From contig OX597817.1 in NCBI GenBank assembly GCA_951406725.2, positions 91,574,001-91,638,000 on the forward strand: a DNA stretch of 64,000 nucleotides. The letters are read 5' to 3'. How positions within the stretch are numbered: the first letter of the stretch is position 1; the number at the start of each line of letters is the position of its first letter. This document shows positions 40,428 to 54,236 of the stretch, in pieces. The notes below the pieces were generated by a model, which was given only the letters and a program-made list of their open reading frames with translations, had not been told where the DNA came from and ran no database searches. The DNA is from Octopus vulgaris. Lineage: Eukaryota. The translations under genes were made by a program, and so were the position numbers.

Positions 40428-40996
40428 ACCACCCCTCTCTCTCTCTCTCCCCTTTTACTTGTAGTCCTTACATACGGGTTGTAATGCGTATGTGCAGTTA
40501 TATACAACGGTATGAGCGGACGTTGTTTGATACGTACAGTTGCACTTAGGCGTTGTATCCATTCACGGTTAGACGATGATGAGAGGAACAAACACACACC
40601 CACACATATATATATGTGTGTGTGCGTCTATACAAACATATGTGTGAATATGTATACAACCTTCAGCAATGTAACAGTCATGTACACAACTTGGACGGAC
40701 ACATGCCAGTACACGGACATACGTTCACATACACATACACATGTACACACTGACACGTCTGCCCATTCTCCTAGACACTCACATACATACGTAGCACATG
40801 AATACAAACATACATACATACCTACGTATGGGCATACACACGTACATACGCACGTACATGTACGCACACACATACATGGGCACATGCATACGAGCGCATA
40901 TACATACATACGCACATGCGTACGTATGTACATACACACATACATACACACATACATACATACATACATACATACATACATACATACATACATACA

Positions 40997-41027
<31 letters not shown>

Positions 41028-42303
41028 GCACATACATACATACATACGCACAATAGTAAAACAATAGTTCTGTGATATAGAAATAAAGATCTGATAATAG
41101 ATTTTAGGGTATAGTTTTGGGAGTAAGCGTCGTAAATCACTTTCTAGCTTCGGGCTGTAGGAAGTTGAAATTTGATAGCTTTGTGATGAGTGGTCACTCT
41201 ACATCCATCCATCGCTACAGGTTTATAGCTTTATGTTTTATAGAGTGTATGTGCGTGGATATACACACACATACATACATACATACATACATACATACAT
41301 ACATACATACATACATACATACATACATACATGCATACACAGGCGTGTGTACGTACATGCATACGTACATACATACACACATGTATGCATACATACACAC
41401 ATACATACGTACATATATATGACGAACTAACTGTTACTTTCTTAGATGCAGCACGGACTTTGTCAGTGAACAGGTCGCGGATTTTAGCGACGAAAATATT
41501 TTGACAAATTAAACTTAAATGTTGAAGTGAATCGAACGGCTTTTGTGTGTTTCTTAAATGGCTTATAAACACCTTCCACGCTGCAATTGTTTTCGTTTCA
41601 GCACACGATCTCAGATCAAATTACTTGCTATGCGAGTACATCTCCGTAATATATATATATATATATATGTATATACATACATATATACATACATATGCAT
41701 ATACATGCACACACATACACACACATTTCTTCCCTTATTTTAATTTTATTTTTATATTTATTTTTATTTTTATTTTTATTCTTATTTTATATATATATAT
41801 GTATGTTTGTCCCCCCCCACACACACATCACTTGACAACCGATGCTAGTGTGTTTACATCTGCGTAACTTAATGGTTTGGCAAAAGGGACCGATAGAATA
41901 AGAACTAGGCTTACAAGGAATAAGTCCTGGGTCGATTTGCTCGACTAAAGGTGGTGCTCCAGCATGGCTGCAGTTAAATGACTGAAACAAGTAAAAGAGT
42001 AAAAGAGTAAAGCTTGGAACTTATTCTATCAATCCCTTTCCCAAATCTCAACAATTAAACAAACCAGCACCAGTTGTCAAGTAGTGGTGGGACAGACACA
42101 AACACAAAGACACCCTTATACATATATATGATGGACTTCTTTCAGTCTCAATGAATCACAAGGCTTTGGTTGGTCCAAGGCTATAGTAGATCCCACTTGC
42201 CCAAGATGCCATATAGTGGGATAGTGGGACTGAACTCAAAACCACATAATTGAGAAGCAAACTTCTTACTGCACAGCCATGCTTATACTTACTATCATAG
42301 CTT

Positions 42304-42346
<43 letters not shown>

Positions 42347-42352
<6 letters not shown>

Positions 42353-42421
42353 ATACTAGCCATCTCAATATGGCTAACCACTAAGGGCGGTTAGCCATAT
42401 TGAGATGGCTAGTATACTTTA
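42347..42421. repeat. Perfect 33-bp-arm hairpin with 9-nt loop, plus a tail to about 42470, in (TA)n
   Basis: taaagtatactagccatctcaatatggctaacc-actaagggc-ggttagccatattgagatggctagtatacttta. Confidence 0.85.
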
Positions 42422-45002
42422 CATTGTTGTGCAGTTACTGTTTACATCTCGTTCAGAGATTTATTATTGCTATATATATATATACTCTTATCCTAATCAA
42501 ACTCATCAATCTCTATTACTCTCTCCCACGTCTCTCTCCAGCTTTCTCTCCAAGAATCTGTCCCTTTGGAAGTATGACTGATATAAACCATCCCCTGAAA
42601 TAACAACTGAAAAAAATGGAAATTGATCTAAACGATGATGTGTACCACTATCGATAACTTCCTTTCTTATTTCCATCATAACCTCCATAGAGCCAAATTT
42701 ACCAAAGACTCCATCTCCTATGTTCTTCACTAAAAGGCTCTTATTCTCAAGAGACAAAGTGATTAGTACCCTTAATGCTATCAAAGCAACCTTCCAGAAG
42801 AGTTTCTCACTTATATTCTACATTAAATCACTCATCTTTTTCTTTATCAGATCTTGCCAGACTATGTCATTGTGGTGTGCTAGTGAGTCTTTCTGTGATT
42901 CCTCATTGTATCTTCTCCTATGTACTATAATGTTTGGTATTGTTACCTTTCATTTGAACATCTGCTGTTCCATCGAGTAACATATACACCCATGCAAATA
43001 CTCCATTGGTTATGATTCAATCACAGAACAGCCTACTCATAAAACTAATGTTCAAGTAGCTGTGCATTCCACAGACACATGTACCCTTAATGTAGTTCTC
43101 AAAGAGATTCAGTGTGACACAGCATGTGACAAGGCTGGTCTTTTGAATCACAGGTACAACTTACTTTTGCCAGCTGAGAGGACCGGAGCAATGTGAGATA
43201 AAGTGTCTTGCTCAAGGAACAATATGCTATCAGGAATTGAATTCATGACCTTATGATTGTGAGTTGAATATTCTTACCACTAAGCTATGTACCTTCACAA
43301 AAATAATACAAATAATATCACACATCATACTCTCCAAACCTTCAACACTCAGATAACATTCACACACAATTTAAATACTAACAATATTCCTTGAAGAATA
43401 ACCTTAACAACATCAATAGGACCATGATTATTTGATCTTTTCAACAGTACAAAAATATATATATACATAAACACATATCAAGAAGACAATTTTGTACCAC
43501 ATTCACTAATCATCAGTAATACAAACACAAACTTCAAAATCATTACAATTGCAAGGCCTCACAATCTCTATTGCTCTTACAAAGTGATAATAGAGCAATA
43601 TACAAATACTAGAATGCCTATGATCATAGTTCAACTGGATTGTGGATCACTAACCTGGAGTTAAACAACAAACACAACAGCAGCAAACGTTTTATTGGCA
43701 AAAGATGTGTTTTCTAAACCTAAAGAAATATATTCATAATTTAAACCTCCCACACATGCAATCACACTTATTGGGATGTATGCATATGCACATACACAGA
43801 TCCATACAGAGTGACTGGTACATAAAGGAATATATATACCATGGCATGTATAGAAGCATACAAATAGCAGCATGTATACAGAGGTATATACATAGAGGTA
43901 TGTGATCATAAATTAATGGTAGAAGCAATAATTCATATATGAAAGAGGAAAAATGAAATTTATCTGCAAACGTGGGTGACATTATGGCTGACATTCTAAT
44001 AGTGAATTTCAAAGTGAAGAATTTGGTTTGTGATATTATTATATATGTATATCAAGTATATCAATTTCTTTGTCTCTCTTTCTCAATATATATATATATA
44101 TGTATGTGTGTGTGTATACATACATACATACATACATACATACATACATACATACATACATACATACATACATACATACATACATACATACATACATACA
44201 TACATACATACATACATACATACATACATACATACATACATACATACATACATACATACATACATACATACATACATACATACATACATACATACATACA
44301 TACATACATAGATAGACTCGTACTGGGCAACAAAGTACAAAATAAATCACAAGGGAAATATAACATAAAAAAAATGCAACACTTTCACAGAAGATCCATG
44401 GATATACACATATTGAACTAGATAAATCAAAGAAATATGCTGTTGAACAAAATTTTCCTCACCCACAATGACATCCCAAATGTGGCCACTAGCGTGACTT
44501 CTGTGTCAGAATCAGGTAAACCACCACAACCACCACCACCAACTCCACCACCATCAACAACAACACAAATACCACCACTGCCCTCCTACCTACCATACCA
44601 TAACACCCAGTGAGTCCTAGGCATTGTGGGGCTGCTATCCTCACCTCATGATTCCACAGACATAACAGGGAAGAGTGTCTAAATCAGGTCAGCTAAGATT
44701 CTACCTGATGTTGGCATAACATGATCACCAATAATCGTCATCATCATCATCATCATCATCATTTAACAACCATTGTCCATGCTGGTATGGGCTGGACGGT
44801 TTGACCAGGGCTGGCACACTGGAAAGCTGCACCAGATTCCAGTCTGATTCAGCATGGTTTTTTCTATGGTTGGATGCCCTTCCTAATGCCAGCTCCTCCC
44901 AGAGTGTAATGGGTGCTTTTAGGTGCCACCGGTATCTGCCATGATTTTGTTTGGCTCGATGGGTCTTCTCAAGCATGACATAATCCCAAAGGTCTCAGTC
45001 AT

Positions 45003-45165
45003 TGCCTCCGTGTGGCCCAACACTTGAAAAGAACTCAGCCACTTTGCCTCCATGAGGCTCAACACACGAAAGGAACTCAGCCACTTTGCCTCCGTGAGGC
45101 CCAGCTCTTGAGAGGAACTCAACCACTTTGCCTCTGTGCAGCCCAATGCTCAAAAGGAACTCAGT
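45003..45165. repeat. 42-bp tandem repeat, about 4 copies, inside an RTE 3' fragment
   Basis: Unit tgcctccgtgtggcccaacacttgaaaagaactcagccactt; reads (TEAKWLSSF..LG.)n on the minus strand. Confidence 0.75.
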
Positions 45166-45559
45166 CACAACTATGATTTCAATTGGCTTGATGGGTTCTC
45201 TCAAGCATAGCATATCGCCAAAAGTCTTGGTAACTAATCATTGCCTCTGTGAGGCTCAATGCTTGAAGATCATGCTTCACTACCTCATCTCATGTCTTCC
45301 TGGGTATACCTTTCCCACAGGTTTCCTCCACAGTTAGAGATTGGCACTTCTTTATACTGCTGTCCTCGTTCATGAATACTAGTGTTGCTCTGTATGCCGC
45401 ATTGTATTCTATCTTTAAAACCAATGTTTTTAATGCATCATTGTAACATCAAGCAGTGTAGTTAAAGGATTTCTCATCAGATAAGCTATATTTATGCTTA
45501 TTAATGCTATTAACTTAGAATGCTAGAATTATTGGGGATAGTTGGAATTTATATTAATG

Positions 45560-45850
45560 TACTGTAATTTCTATAGTGCAGTACCTAAATCTGGAGTCAC
45601 ATTTATGTAATTAATTATGTTTAGAATCTTAACTACTGAAGTCATTAAATCCAAATCTCTGAATACATTGAATAACTTCTTCAATATAGGGTCTTTCATT
45701 CTTCCCAAAAAGAATAGTTTATTATCAAAGTAAAGATCAAACTTGATGAAGTAGAATCTCTCCTGCAGTAAGTTTAAGATGTATAATCCTATTAATTTAC
45801 AAATCTTAATTCTCTGTAACAATACATGATCTAATGTCAGTGAAACAAAA
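45560..45850 (-). mobile_element. Degraded Penelope-like RT fragment
   Basis: ICKLIGLYILNLL...FDLYFDNKL...NVFRDLDL...IINYINVTPDL resembles the recalled PLE RT pattern EICELVGLYIL...GLYRDDGL...VNFLDVTLDL. Confidence 0.5.
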
Positions 45851-47469
45851 AGCTATGCAAGGCTTAGAGGAAATCTATTTTACAAAAGATACTCACAACA
45901 TATGTATATATTCAAGCATTCACAAAAATACATTACTACTTTACTGACCAAGTGTATCTGGAATTTAAGCAATAATTGTATGAACAATTAGGAAATCGAT
46001 TGGTCCATTAAAAAACTTGTATCACCTTATGTTAATGATTCCAGAAAATGAAATTTCTATCTCTTGGAGAAGTATAGCATTAAACGACCTTTTGTAATTT
46101 TGAAGACAAAAAAAAAAGAATTGGTGAATTCTTTGAAAGACTTCCATACTATATAATGAGGAATTACCAACAGGATAAAATATTTTATTCCCTGCAGAGT
46201 TTGTTGTATCTTAAAAGAGTGTTGTATGATTAAAAAGGAACAGTCATTTATTCAACAAGATCTTTTTCATTTCCTTGTGAGTGATTTGTACATGTGGTGC
46301 CAAAAACATGAAATCTTCAGGAGATTTTGCATATAAAAAGATGTCAAGATTCCAAGTTATATTAACATGATAAGGAATAAATGAATGTATGATGCATTTT
46401 CTAATGACTTTTTGGAAACCAAATATATATATATATAAATTGCTGATTTATTTTACTTCGATGGGTTTGTGAGTGATTTAATTTAGATATTTTCCTGCTG
46501 TTTTCCTACATAAGAAGTAAAACTCAAGTTATGATGCAAGGAGCTTTAGTTTCTAATAAAATACACATGCTCTACTATATTTAAGATATTTACTAACACC
46601 TATTTATCTATCTACTTACCTACCTAACTACTTATCTTTCTCTCTCTCTCTCCCTCTCTCTCTCCCTCTCTCTCTCTCTCCCTCTCTCTCTCTCTCTCCC
46701 TCTCTATCTATTTATCTACTTGTCTGTCTGTCTGTCTATCTATCGATCTGTATGTATGTATGTATATGTACACTAGAGAACAGTTGCCATATTCTCTTCC
46801 ATATTGGCTAACTCTGATGAGCATAAGGTTATATAATTGGATTGTTACCTAACATTCCATTGTATTCCTAGTGCAAAACTGACTGGTAAGATCAGCTGTG
46901 ATGAACTATATATAATACTGTACATTTTGGATATTGTATTTATTTATGCATGCGTGCACACACACAGACACACACATATATACACATATATATACATGTG
47001 TGTATGTATGCATATTCATGTGTATTAATATATATATATATACATACATATGTCTGTATGTATGTATACATATGTATACATACATATGTCTGTATGTATG
47101 TATACATATGTATATCAATACAGGCATATCAAATACTATACAACATAAATTCTTGATTTATTAAAATTTTCTTTTCCTCAGAGGACATGTCATAACTACT
47201 AAATAGCAATTACAATGAGCTAATGAGCTCCATATGAAAAAAGGGAGATAATCTCAAGAATCGATGTGTCATTAAGGAAAAAGGCAAGCTTGTCTGAAGA
47301 TAAGAGGACAGGCATGAAAAGATGCTTTTGGCTCAACAACTGTCTTCAGTACAACAATTGCCTGACCAGATGTATTTTCTCTTTCTTTGTTTTCAACAGC
47401 AATATTAAAGTAACTTTTCAAGAGAGAAGTGGCGACAAGTGAATGAATCAAAGCATCTCAATAACATAC

Positions 47470-47544
47470 CCATCGAGCAATGATGTTAGCATTGGCTGAA
47501 CTTGATCAAAGACATTTTGCTGACTGTCATCAGGGCCATAGACT
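47470..47544 (-). CDS. KIF25: KIF25-like exon B (75 nt): (R)VYGPDDSQQNVFDQVQPMLTSLLD(G)
   Basis: Minus strand ccatttcag|AGTCTAT...GATGG|gtatg; phase 2-2. Resembles recalled human KIF25 VYGPAESQSAVFGDVCPLLTSLLDG. Not present in the ORF track. Confidence 0.92.
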
Positions 47545-48680
47545 CTGAAATGGAAAGCAACACACACTACAATAGGATGATAATGATGATGTTGATGTCA
47601 ATGATGATACTGATGATGATGATGACAATACTGACAATAAAGATGATGATGTTGGCAATGATGGCAATGATGTATTTGATGAAGGAGTAAATATCATATC
47701 ATTACAAATCATAATTGTGTAGGCACTCTAACAAAAGACAGTGCATCAATATCAGTCTCCATCATCTACATCATCAATGTCAATTATCCTATCGTCCTTT
47801 GTATAGCCATTTTCTCCATGCTAGTGTGGGCTGAAAGATACTATTTGAGGTAGTATTCTACACTTGGATGCCCTTCTTTTTGCCAAGCCATATCGTTTCC
47901 AAGTTAAGCACATTTTATTCAGTGTTCACATACTGAATACTGAGCTACAGAATGCATTGTTTGTACAGTGTTAATATAAGACATACAAAGAAAAATACAT
48001 ACACACACATACACGCATGCATGTGCGTGCACACACACACACGCACTCCTTCAGTTGTGATGACAAGTGTTCCATTTGATCCAACCAACTGAACACTGTG
48101 CTCATGAAATTAACATGCAAGTGACCAAGCACTTCATAGACATGTGTACCCTTAACTAAGTGTGCTAATGATTTTGCCAGTCCACCATTCAAGTAATAAT
48201 GATAATAACTGTAATTAAATTGAAAAAATAATATCAACAATATTGATAATAATTTTTATAATATTGATAATATTGATTTCCAATTTTGGCACAAGGCCAG
48301 CAATTTCGTAAGAGGTTGCAAGTTGATTACATTGACCCCAGTGCACAACTGGTACTTATTTTATCAACCTTGAAAAAATGGAATGCAAAGTCAAAATCAG
48401 CGGAATTTGAACTCAGAACATAGTGACAAACAAATTGCTTCTAAGCTTTTTAGCCAGCATGCTAACAGTTCTGAAGGCTCACTACTTTGACAACAATGAT
48501 AATATTGACAAGAATTTTTCCCATAATTGAATGAACTCTTTCATAATTAGCACAAAAATCGTTAAGGTGTGATAATATTTCATTTGTTTTGTTTGAGAAT
48601 TTGTTATTTCTTTGTTTTTTATGTTCAGTTTCACACACGCACATACACACATACATATACATAATACATACATACATACA

Positions 48681-48714
<34 letters not shown>

Positions 48715-49000
48715 CATGGTCCTGGTGGTTGTCTACTCCTTATGCAGAGTTTGACCACCTCTTGCACTTACATTTAGATCTATCATGGCATCTGATGTGG
48801 CTTTTTAAACCAGACAATGTTTTGAAAAGACACCCACATAAATTGCATATCTGCTTTGGATTACCAAGAGCTGCAGTTAAGTTCTGATCTTTGTAGATCT
48901 TAAAATGTCTTTTGAGGCCTCCGTTAGATTTTCAGACTTTATGGCATACATGGCATTGACAGGTATGCTCCACGTTGGATGCTGGAATGACACTTAATCA
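48715..49000 (-). mobile_element. RTE-like LINE 3' end with terminal C2H2 zinc finger
   Basis: Minus strand QICNLCGCLFKTLSGLKSHIRCH (C-x2-C-x12-H-x3-H), followed by a microsatellite. Confidence 0.55.
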
Positions 49001-50295
49001 CTCTGTGGAGCATTTGGTACCAGTTTGGTGTCTGGTACAGGACAGCCTACCTCATGAGCAGGTAGAAGCTCTTTAACCTTTGTTGGTAATCTACCTAGGA
49101 GAAGGAAATCACCGAAATAAAACATACATACATACATACATACATTCATACATGATGGCTATTCACTCGTGTTGAAGGAAGATTATCATTGACCATTAAG
49201 AGCATTGTGCACAGACAAATTTATTCTTTCCACTTGTGGTTCTGCTGGTGACTAATGAACACAGCCCTTGATAAACTTACATGCCTGCAGATATTGCAAA
49301 GCAAGCTTCCTCCCATTAACTACATTGGCAGTGCAGTTTTGAGCAGCTCATTTAAATTCTGCATGAAAAAAATGTGTGTTTCTTTGAAAAACACCATTCC
49401 TTTCACTTATTTCCTCCATTGATGGCAACGACAAGCATTGCTTTATACCATGTTTCACATACCTTCAATTCTAAAACAGTTTACACTTTACACAATTCTC
49501 AAATCATACATAATTTCAAATATTGCCATGACTTGATTGTTATCTTAAAGGCACCTACACTTTTTTTACATAGCTGTGGCAATGATGAGTACCTTTGACA
49601 GCAGGTGTTCAGAAAGTTACCACTTATGCAGATACATGCTTTCATTCTGTTATGGAATTTTCCAATAAATGTTTTGCATTTCTTTCTTGGTTACAGCAAG
49701 CTATAGAATGCAGCAGATAATAGAGATGTTAAAACTTAAGTGAGGCTGTACCTGAAACTTTTTAAAAGTGAAGAAAGGCATTGCACAGAGCCCACACTCT
49801 AAACAATATATGTATTTGCCCTAAATAAATACTCTACATCATCCAACACAAACAAAGTCACAAGTGCTACATTAGTCTTCTTTTCCTAGAGAGATGTCTA
49901 CATGAAAAGTAGAGATATCTCACTCCCAGCAGTTGGAAGGTCATTGACTCAAATTACTTCATCTGCACTTAGATAGGTTTTCCTGCTGCAGATGTCCAAT
50001 GAAAGCCACCCTGCCCACCCTTGGTACGGTTACCAGTTTAGTTGCCAATAGCCTAACCATGCAATATACATACATACATACGTAGATACATATATATGTA
50101 CATACATATATACATACATACATACATACAAACATACATACATACACACATACACACATTCACACATACATACATACATACATACATACATGCATACATA
50201 CATACATACATACATACACACATACACACATACATACATACATACATACATACATACATACATACATACATACATACATACATACATACATACAC

Positions 50296-50700
50296 GCCTG
50301 AAGTAAAAAAAAGCAGAATTGACATGAAGTGCAGCCTGTCTTGGACACAAGACCACTACATCACATCACACTTTGAAGGTTATGCATTTGTAATCCAGGA
50401 ACAGGAGATTGCCACAAAGTACCTGGTGAACAAGAGAGACAGTGACATTCTTGTAATCCCAAGGTGCAACTGCATGTGTAGGCTATGTCATGTTTCTGTG
50501 GAAGATATGCATGTGATTAGCGGCTGTCCTAAAATGTTGTCAGGGTACTACCTCCCTATGTGGCACAATGTTGTTGCTAAAACAATTTACAATGCCATCC
50601 ACAAAAAAAATATATATTGTCTAGAAATAAACTTAGAAAATCCCTCTGTAATGGAATACATTCATAAACACCAACTCAAGGAATACTGGTGGAATATTCC
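50296..50700 (+). mobile_element. RLE-type (Dong/R4-like) non-LTR fragment with CCHC knuckle
   Basis: FEGYAFVIQEQEIATKYL...CRLCHVSVEDMHVISGCPKM...YWWN in ORF 50096..50800; abuts (TACA)n. Confidence 0.75.
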
Positions 50701-51539
50701 TTCAATTGTAAGCATAGCAGACTTGCTTGTTTGCTGTAGCAGACCTAAATATAAGAGACTGCACTGGATCACCTTCTTCCCCATTTCCAATATACTCTAA
50801 CTTTACTGAGAGGTAATATTTATCTCCACTTATACACAGATGATCTGTTAGAACAAACTATACTGTGGTAGATACCACGAGAAAAACTTCCATATTGGCT
50901 TTTGGTACAAATGCACTCTTGTTTATATCATATGTAGGGAGATAAATCTTTGCCATCTCCAGTGATGAGACAACTTGATCATATAATTTCAACCTTCCTT
51001 GGTCTTGTCAATGATAGACACTTAACCACTAGAGATAACAGCTACTCACCTTCCTTTCTGCAATATAAAGGAAAACAGTGATAGAACAGGTGCTGGTGTC
51101 ATATAAGCTGATGAGCTTGTTAAAAATATATATATTAATGACAGTGGTTTGTGTGAGGAAGAGCATCCAGCTGTAGAAATGAGAACCAAATAACATTTAG
51201 AGGCTCAAAGTATTTAGGAGCAATAGCATTTAATGAAAAGGGATTCAGATCATAGCAACCTATCCAACCAATAACAGCATGGAAAGCAGATGTTAAAATG
51301 AAAGTGACGATGATAACTATGACAACGATGATGAAACACGACTAGAGAGAAATTGATATGAGATTGAGATTAAAAATATACACCAAAGCAACCTTGAAGA
51401 GAGGAAAATTAATTAAGAAGTCTAATCTCATGCTAAATACAGAAACAAAGATAAAAAAATTAGACCAAATTCAGAATCAATGAATCAGATAGTGTACTAC
51501 ACACATATAAAAGAAAATATCTGTAAGGAACATTATAGA

Positions 51540-51900
51540 TGCATAAGATTAATATTTAAACAGAACTAAATGTAAAAAAAAAAATAGATCATAATAAAAT
51601 AAGATAACAAGCATCAATACTCTAACTGTCCCAGTAATAATATATATATCTTCAATTGGATGCTAAACGAACTTGCAAGACTAGACAGAAAAACAAGAAA
51701 AATAATGACTGCATTTACGATAAACATGGAATGTTAGAGGACTTATGCAATAAGAAAATTATTATAAAATATTCACAGTAGAATTATCAGGATATCTAGT
51801 AAACAACAATGGAAAATGAATACAAATAGCTATGAAACAAGATATTTCTAGTCTTCAAGGAATCAACAATATTACAGAAGAGAGTATGAAATAAGAAATA
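51540..51900 (+). mobile_element. Old Dong/R4 RT C-terminal remnant
   Basis: NKITSINTLTVPVI...FNWMLNELARLDRKTRKIMT parallels NKVLAINSLAVPVV...LNWNTSEIMQIDRKICKLLT in ORF 13117..13797. Confidence 0.55.
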
Positions 51901-53613
51901 GTGATTTAGAAAAGAGAGGAAGAAAATAAAAAACTGCAAAAAGCTTCTAGCACAGACTGAAGATTGAAAATTGTAGGGAAGGATAGATCAACCCAAAAGG
52001 ATAATAATCAAAATTAGCCTTAGAAAGATTTGAACTCAGAAGTAACTAAATACAATAAGGCATTTTATGTAATTCTTCACTGATTCTTTCAGTCTGTAAA
52101 ATGTTATTGGTTGTTGAAACCCTGCAATTAGGTTGATTGAGTCAAGTAGAATAATGTTCTTTGGCTCAGTGCGTGTAGGAAGATAATGGCTTGTTAAGGT
52201 GTCAGCTCACCATTTACAATAGATTTCTGTTTTCAATACTTCACTTCAGATACTATTTTTCTATTTGGTAATTAACCAGAACATTTATATGAGAAACATT
52301 TACTTTCCTTCTAGTTTCCAGTGCCAACATTTTTAAATTGATTGTATGTCTATGTTTGTTGTGCTTGATCACTTCAAAGATAAAGTGTTTATTGAATATT
52401 AAGAAAGATCAATAGCTAAGTCAATGAGCTGATGCATCATGGATTAGAGGAATATAACAATCATTATAGAAGATATGTTGATTTTCTAAAAGATAGCATT
52501 TCTTTACTCTTTCTGAAAGAATCAGAATTTTCCACTTTCCATCAACTTGTGTATATGCAATGGTCTATGCAGCTTTTTGTGTTTCTTTTTTCAGTTAATA
52601 ATTTGTAAAGAAAGCAATCAATTTGATTAGTAGGTCTGCCATTAGGTATTATCCATCTCTCTAACTGTGTATATGCTTCTATTGAAATAACTGACTTCCT
52701 GCCACAAGATTATTTTTCAAAGTGAACAAACAGTTCAATCTGGTGCCATTATTATCTGAAACATGTGCCATTAGATGGTGTTGGTGTCGATTTGGTCATG
52801 TAAACAGAAGTAAAAGCAATTTTATTTTCCCCTCTGTTAGTACTACACTGGCTGGGTTTTCTCTGACAGAGCAATTATTTCTCAAGGCAGCAACACTTCT
52901 GTGGAATGGATGCAGTGGGTGGTTGCCTTTCATACATGACAGTAATAATATCAGAAGTCTCTATGTTTTACCATAAGAGTTTGGAGACAAACTGAACATT
53001 GATGTACATTTTGTTGTCACTGTTGTTGTAGTTGTTGTTGTTGTTGCTGCTACTTTTACATCAATTTTTCATTGTGAGATGTTTTATTTGTTGGAGTTCT
53101 TGTATTCTGAAGGATAGATGTGGATGTCTATCTCTTCTGTTAATAAATCAACTGTGCCACAGCAAGTGCAACATGATCCTTTACAGTTAGTTAGATAAAC
53201 TGGTGTTAGGTCTCTTGTTCAAAAACACATTGTAGTGACCATGGTGGTAAGATATGATTTTATGACTTAGTATTCAGTACTTTTCTACCATAAGCTTATA
53301 GCTTTCATGCTTCCACTTTTACTCAAAGCAGTCATGTTTTAGTTGGAGTGAAGTATAGAGCACAGTTGAATGTGGATGAGAGTATATAGATGAGCCATTG
53401 GTACAGGTTACAGATAGCAGAAATAACCTTTAGATACCAGGGTTATCTCTTGATTAAATAATAAATCACCAATTCTCTGCAATAAGACAAATTAGCAGTG
53501 ATGGAATAGAATATCAGGTGTCACAGGTAGTTCTATAAAATCCTGTAATATATTGTAATTTGTCTTGTAATGAAGCAAATGCAAGTAATCTATTTCTTTT
53601 TTCTTTTTTTATA

Positions 53614-54183
53614 TCATCATCATCATCATCATCATCGTTTAACGTCCGTTCTCCATGCTAGCATGGGTTGGACGGTTCGACCGGGGATCTGGGAAGCCAG
53701 AAGGCTGCACCAGGCTCCAGTCTTATCTGGCAATGTTTCTACAGCTGGATGCCCTTCCTAACGCCAACCACTCCGTGAGTGTAGTGGGTGCTTTTTACGT
53801 GCCACCTGCACAGGTGCCAGGCGAGGCTGGCAACGGCCACGGTCGGATTGGTGCAATTTACGTGCCACCGGCACGGAAGCCAGTCGAGGCGGCACTGGCA
53901 TCGGCCACGAGTCGGATAGTGCTTTTTACGTACCACCAGTCCAGGGGTCCTGGCATCTGCTGGGTGCCAGTCATAGGATTGGTTCAATTCGATTTCGATT
54001 TCACTTGCCCCAACATGTCTTCGCAAGCAAAGGGGGTGGCATGGGTGCCTGTCGTCGGATGAGGTTCTATATTAACTTCGCTTGCCTCAACAGGTCTTTG
54101 TGTCCAAGGGAGGAAAGGCATGCATAAGTGGGCTGGGCTCACTTGTCCTGCCTGGTCTTCTCACGTACAGCATATTTCCAAAG
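53614..54183 (-). mobile_element. Short 5'-truncated copy of the same RTE family (ORF end, 3' UTR, GAT tail)
   Basis: Nearly the reverse complement of 35175-35690 (ORFs 53655..54062 and 35229..35645 are almost identical). Has about 75 extra nt (54010-54085) missing from the first copy. Confidence 0.9.
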
Positions 54184-54236
54184 CGTATATATATATATAC
54201 ACACATATATATATACAAATATATATACATATATAT

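Noticed and set aside
40512-41572. Long YIHT/MYVC, poly-Y, poly-L and CV ORFs here and elsewhere
   Set aside because: They are translations of microsatellites that lack stop codons.
45003-45165. CRISPR-like array
   Set aside because: Contiguous tandem units without unique spacers, in eukaryotic LINE-derived DNA.
45420-45490. CTGATGA on the minus strand as another hammerhead (also CTGAGGA at about 6213 and 10706, and CTGATGA at about 2724)
   Set aside because: No convincing stem II, GAAAC and stem I combination could be built.
52200-53560. Ancient Dong-like RT on the minus strand; also PLE-like traces at 29840-30600, 35750-37450 and 42480-42800
   Set aside because: Only faint motif resemblance (for example KIAFTSV, EKLPFL); too degraded to call without a profile search.
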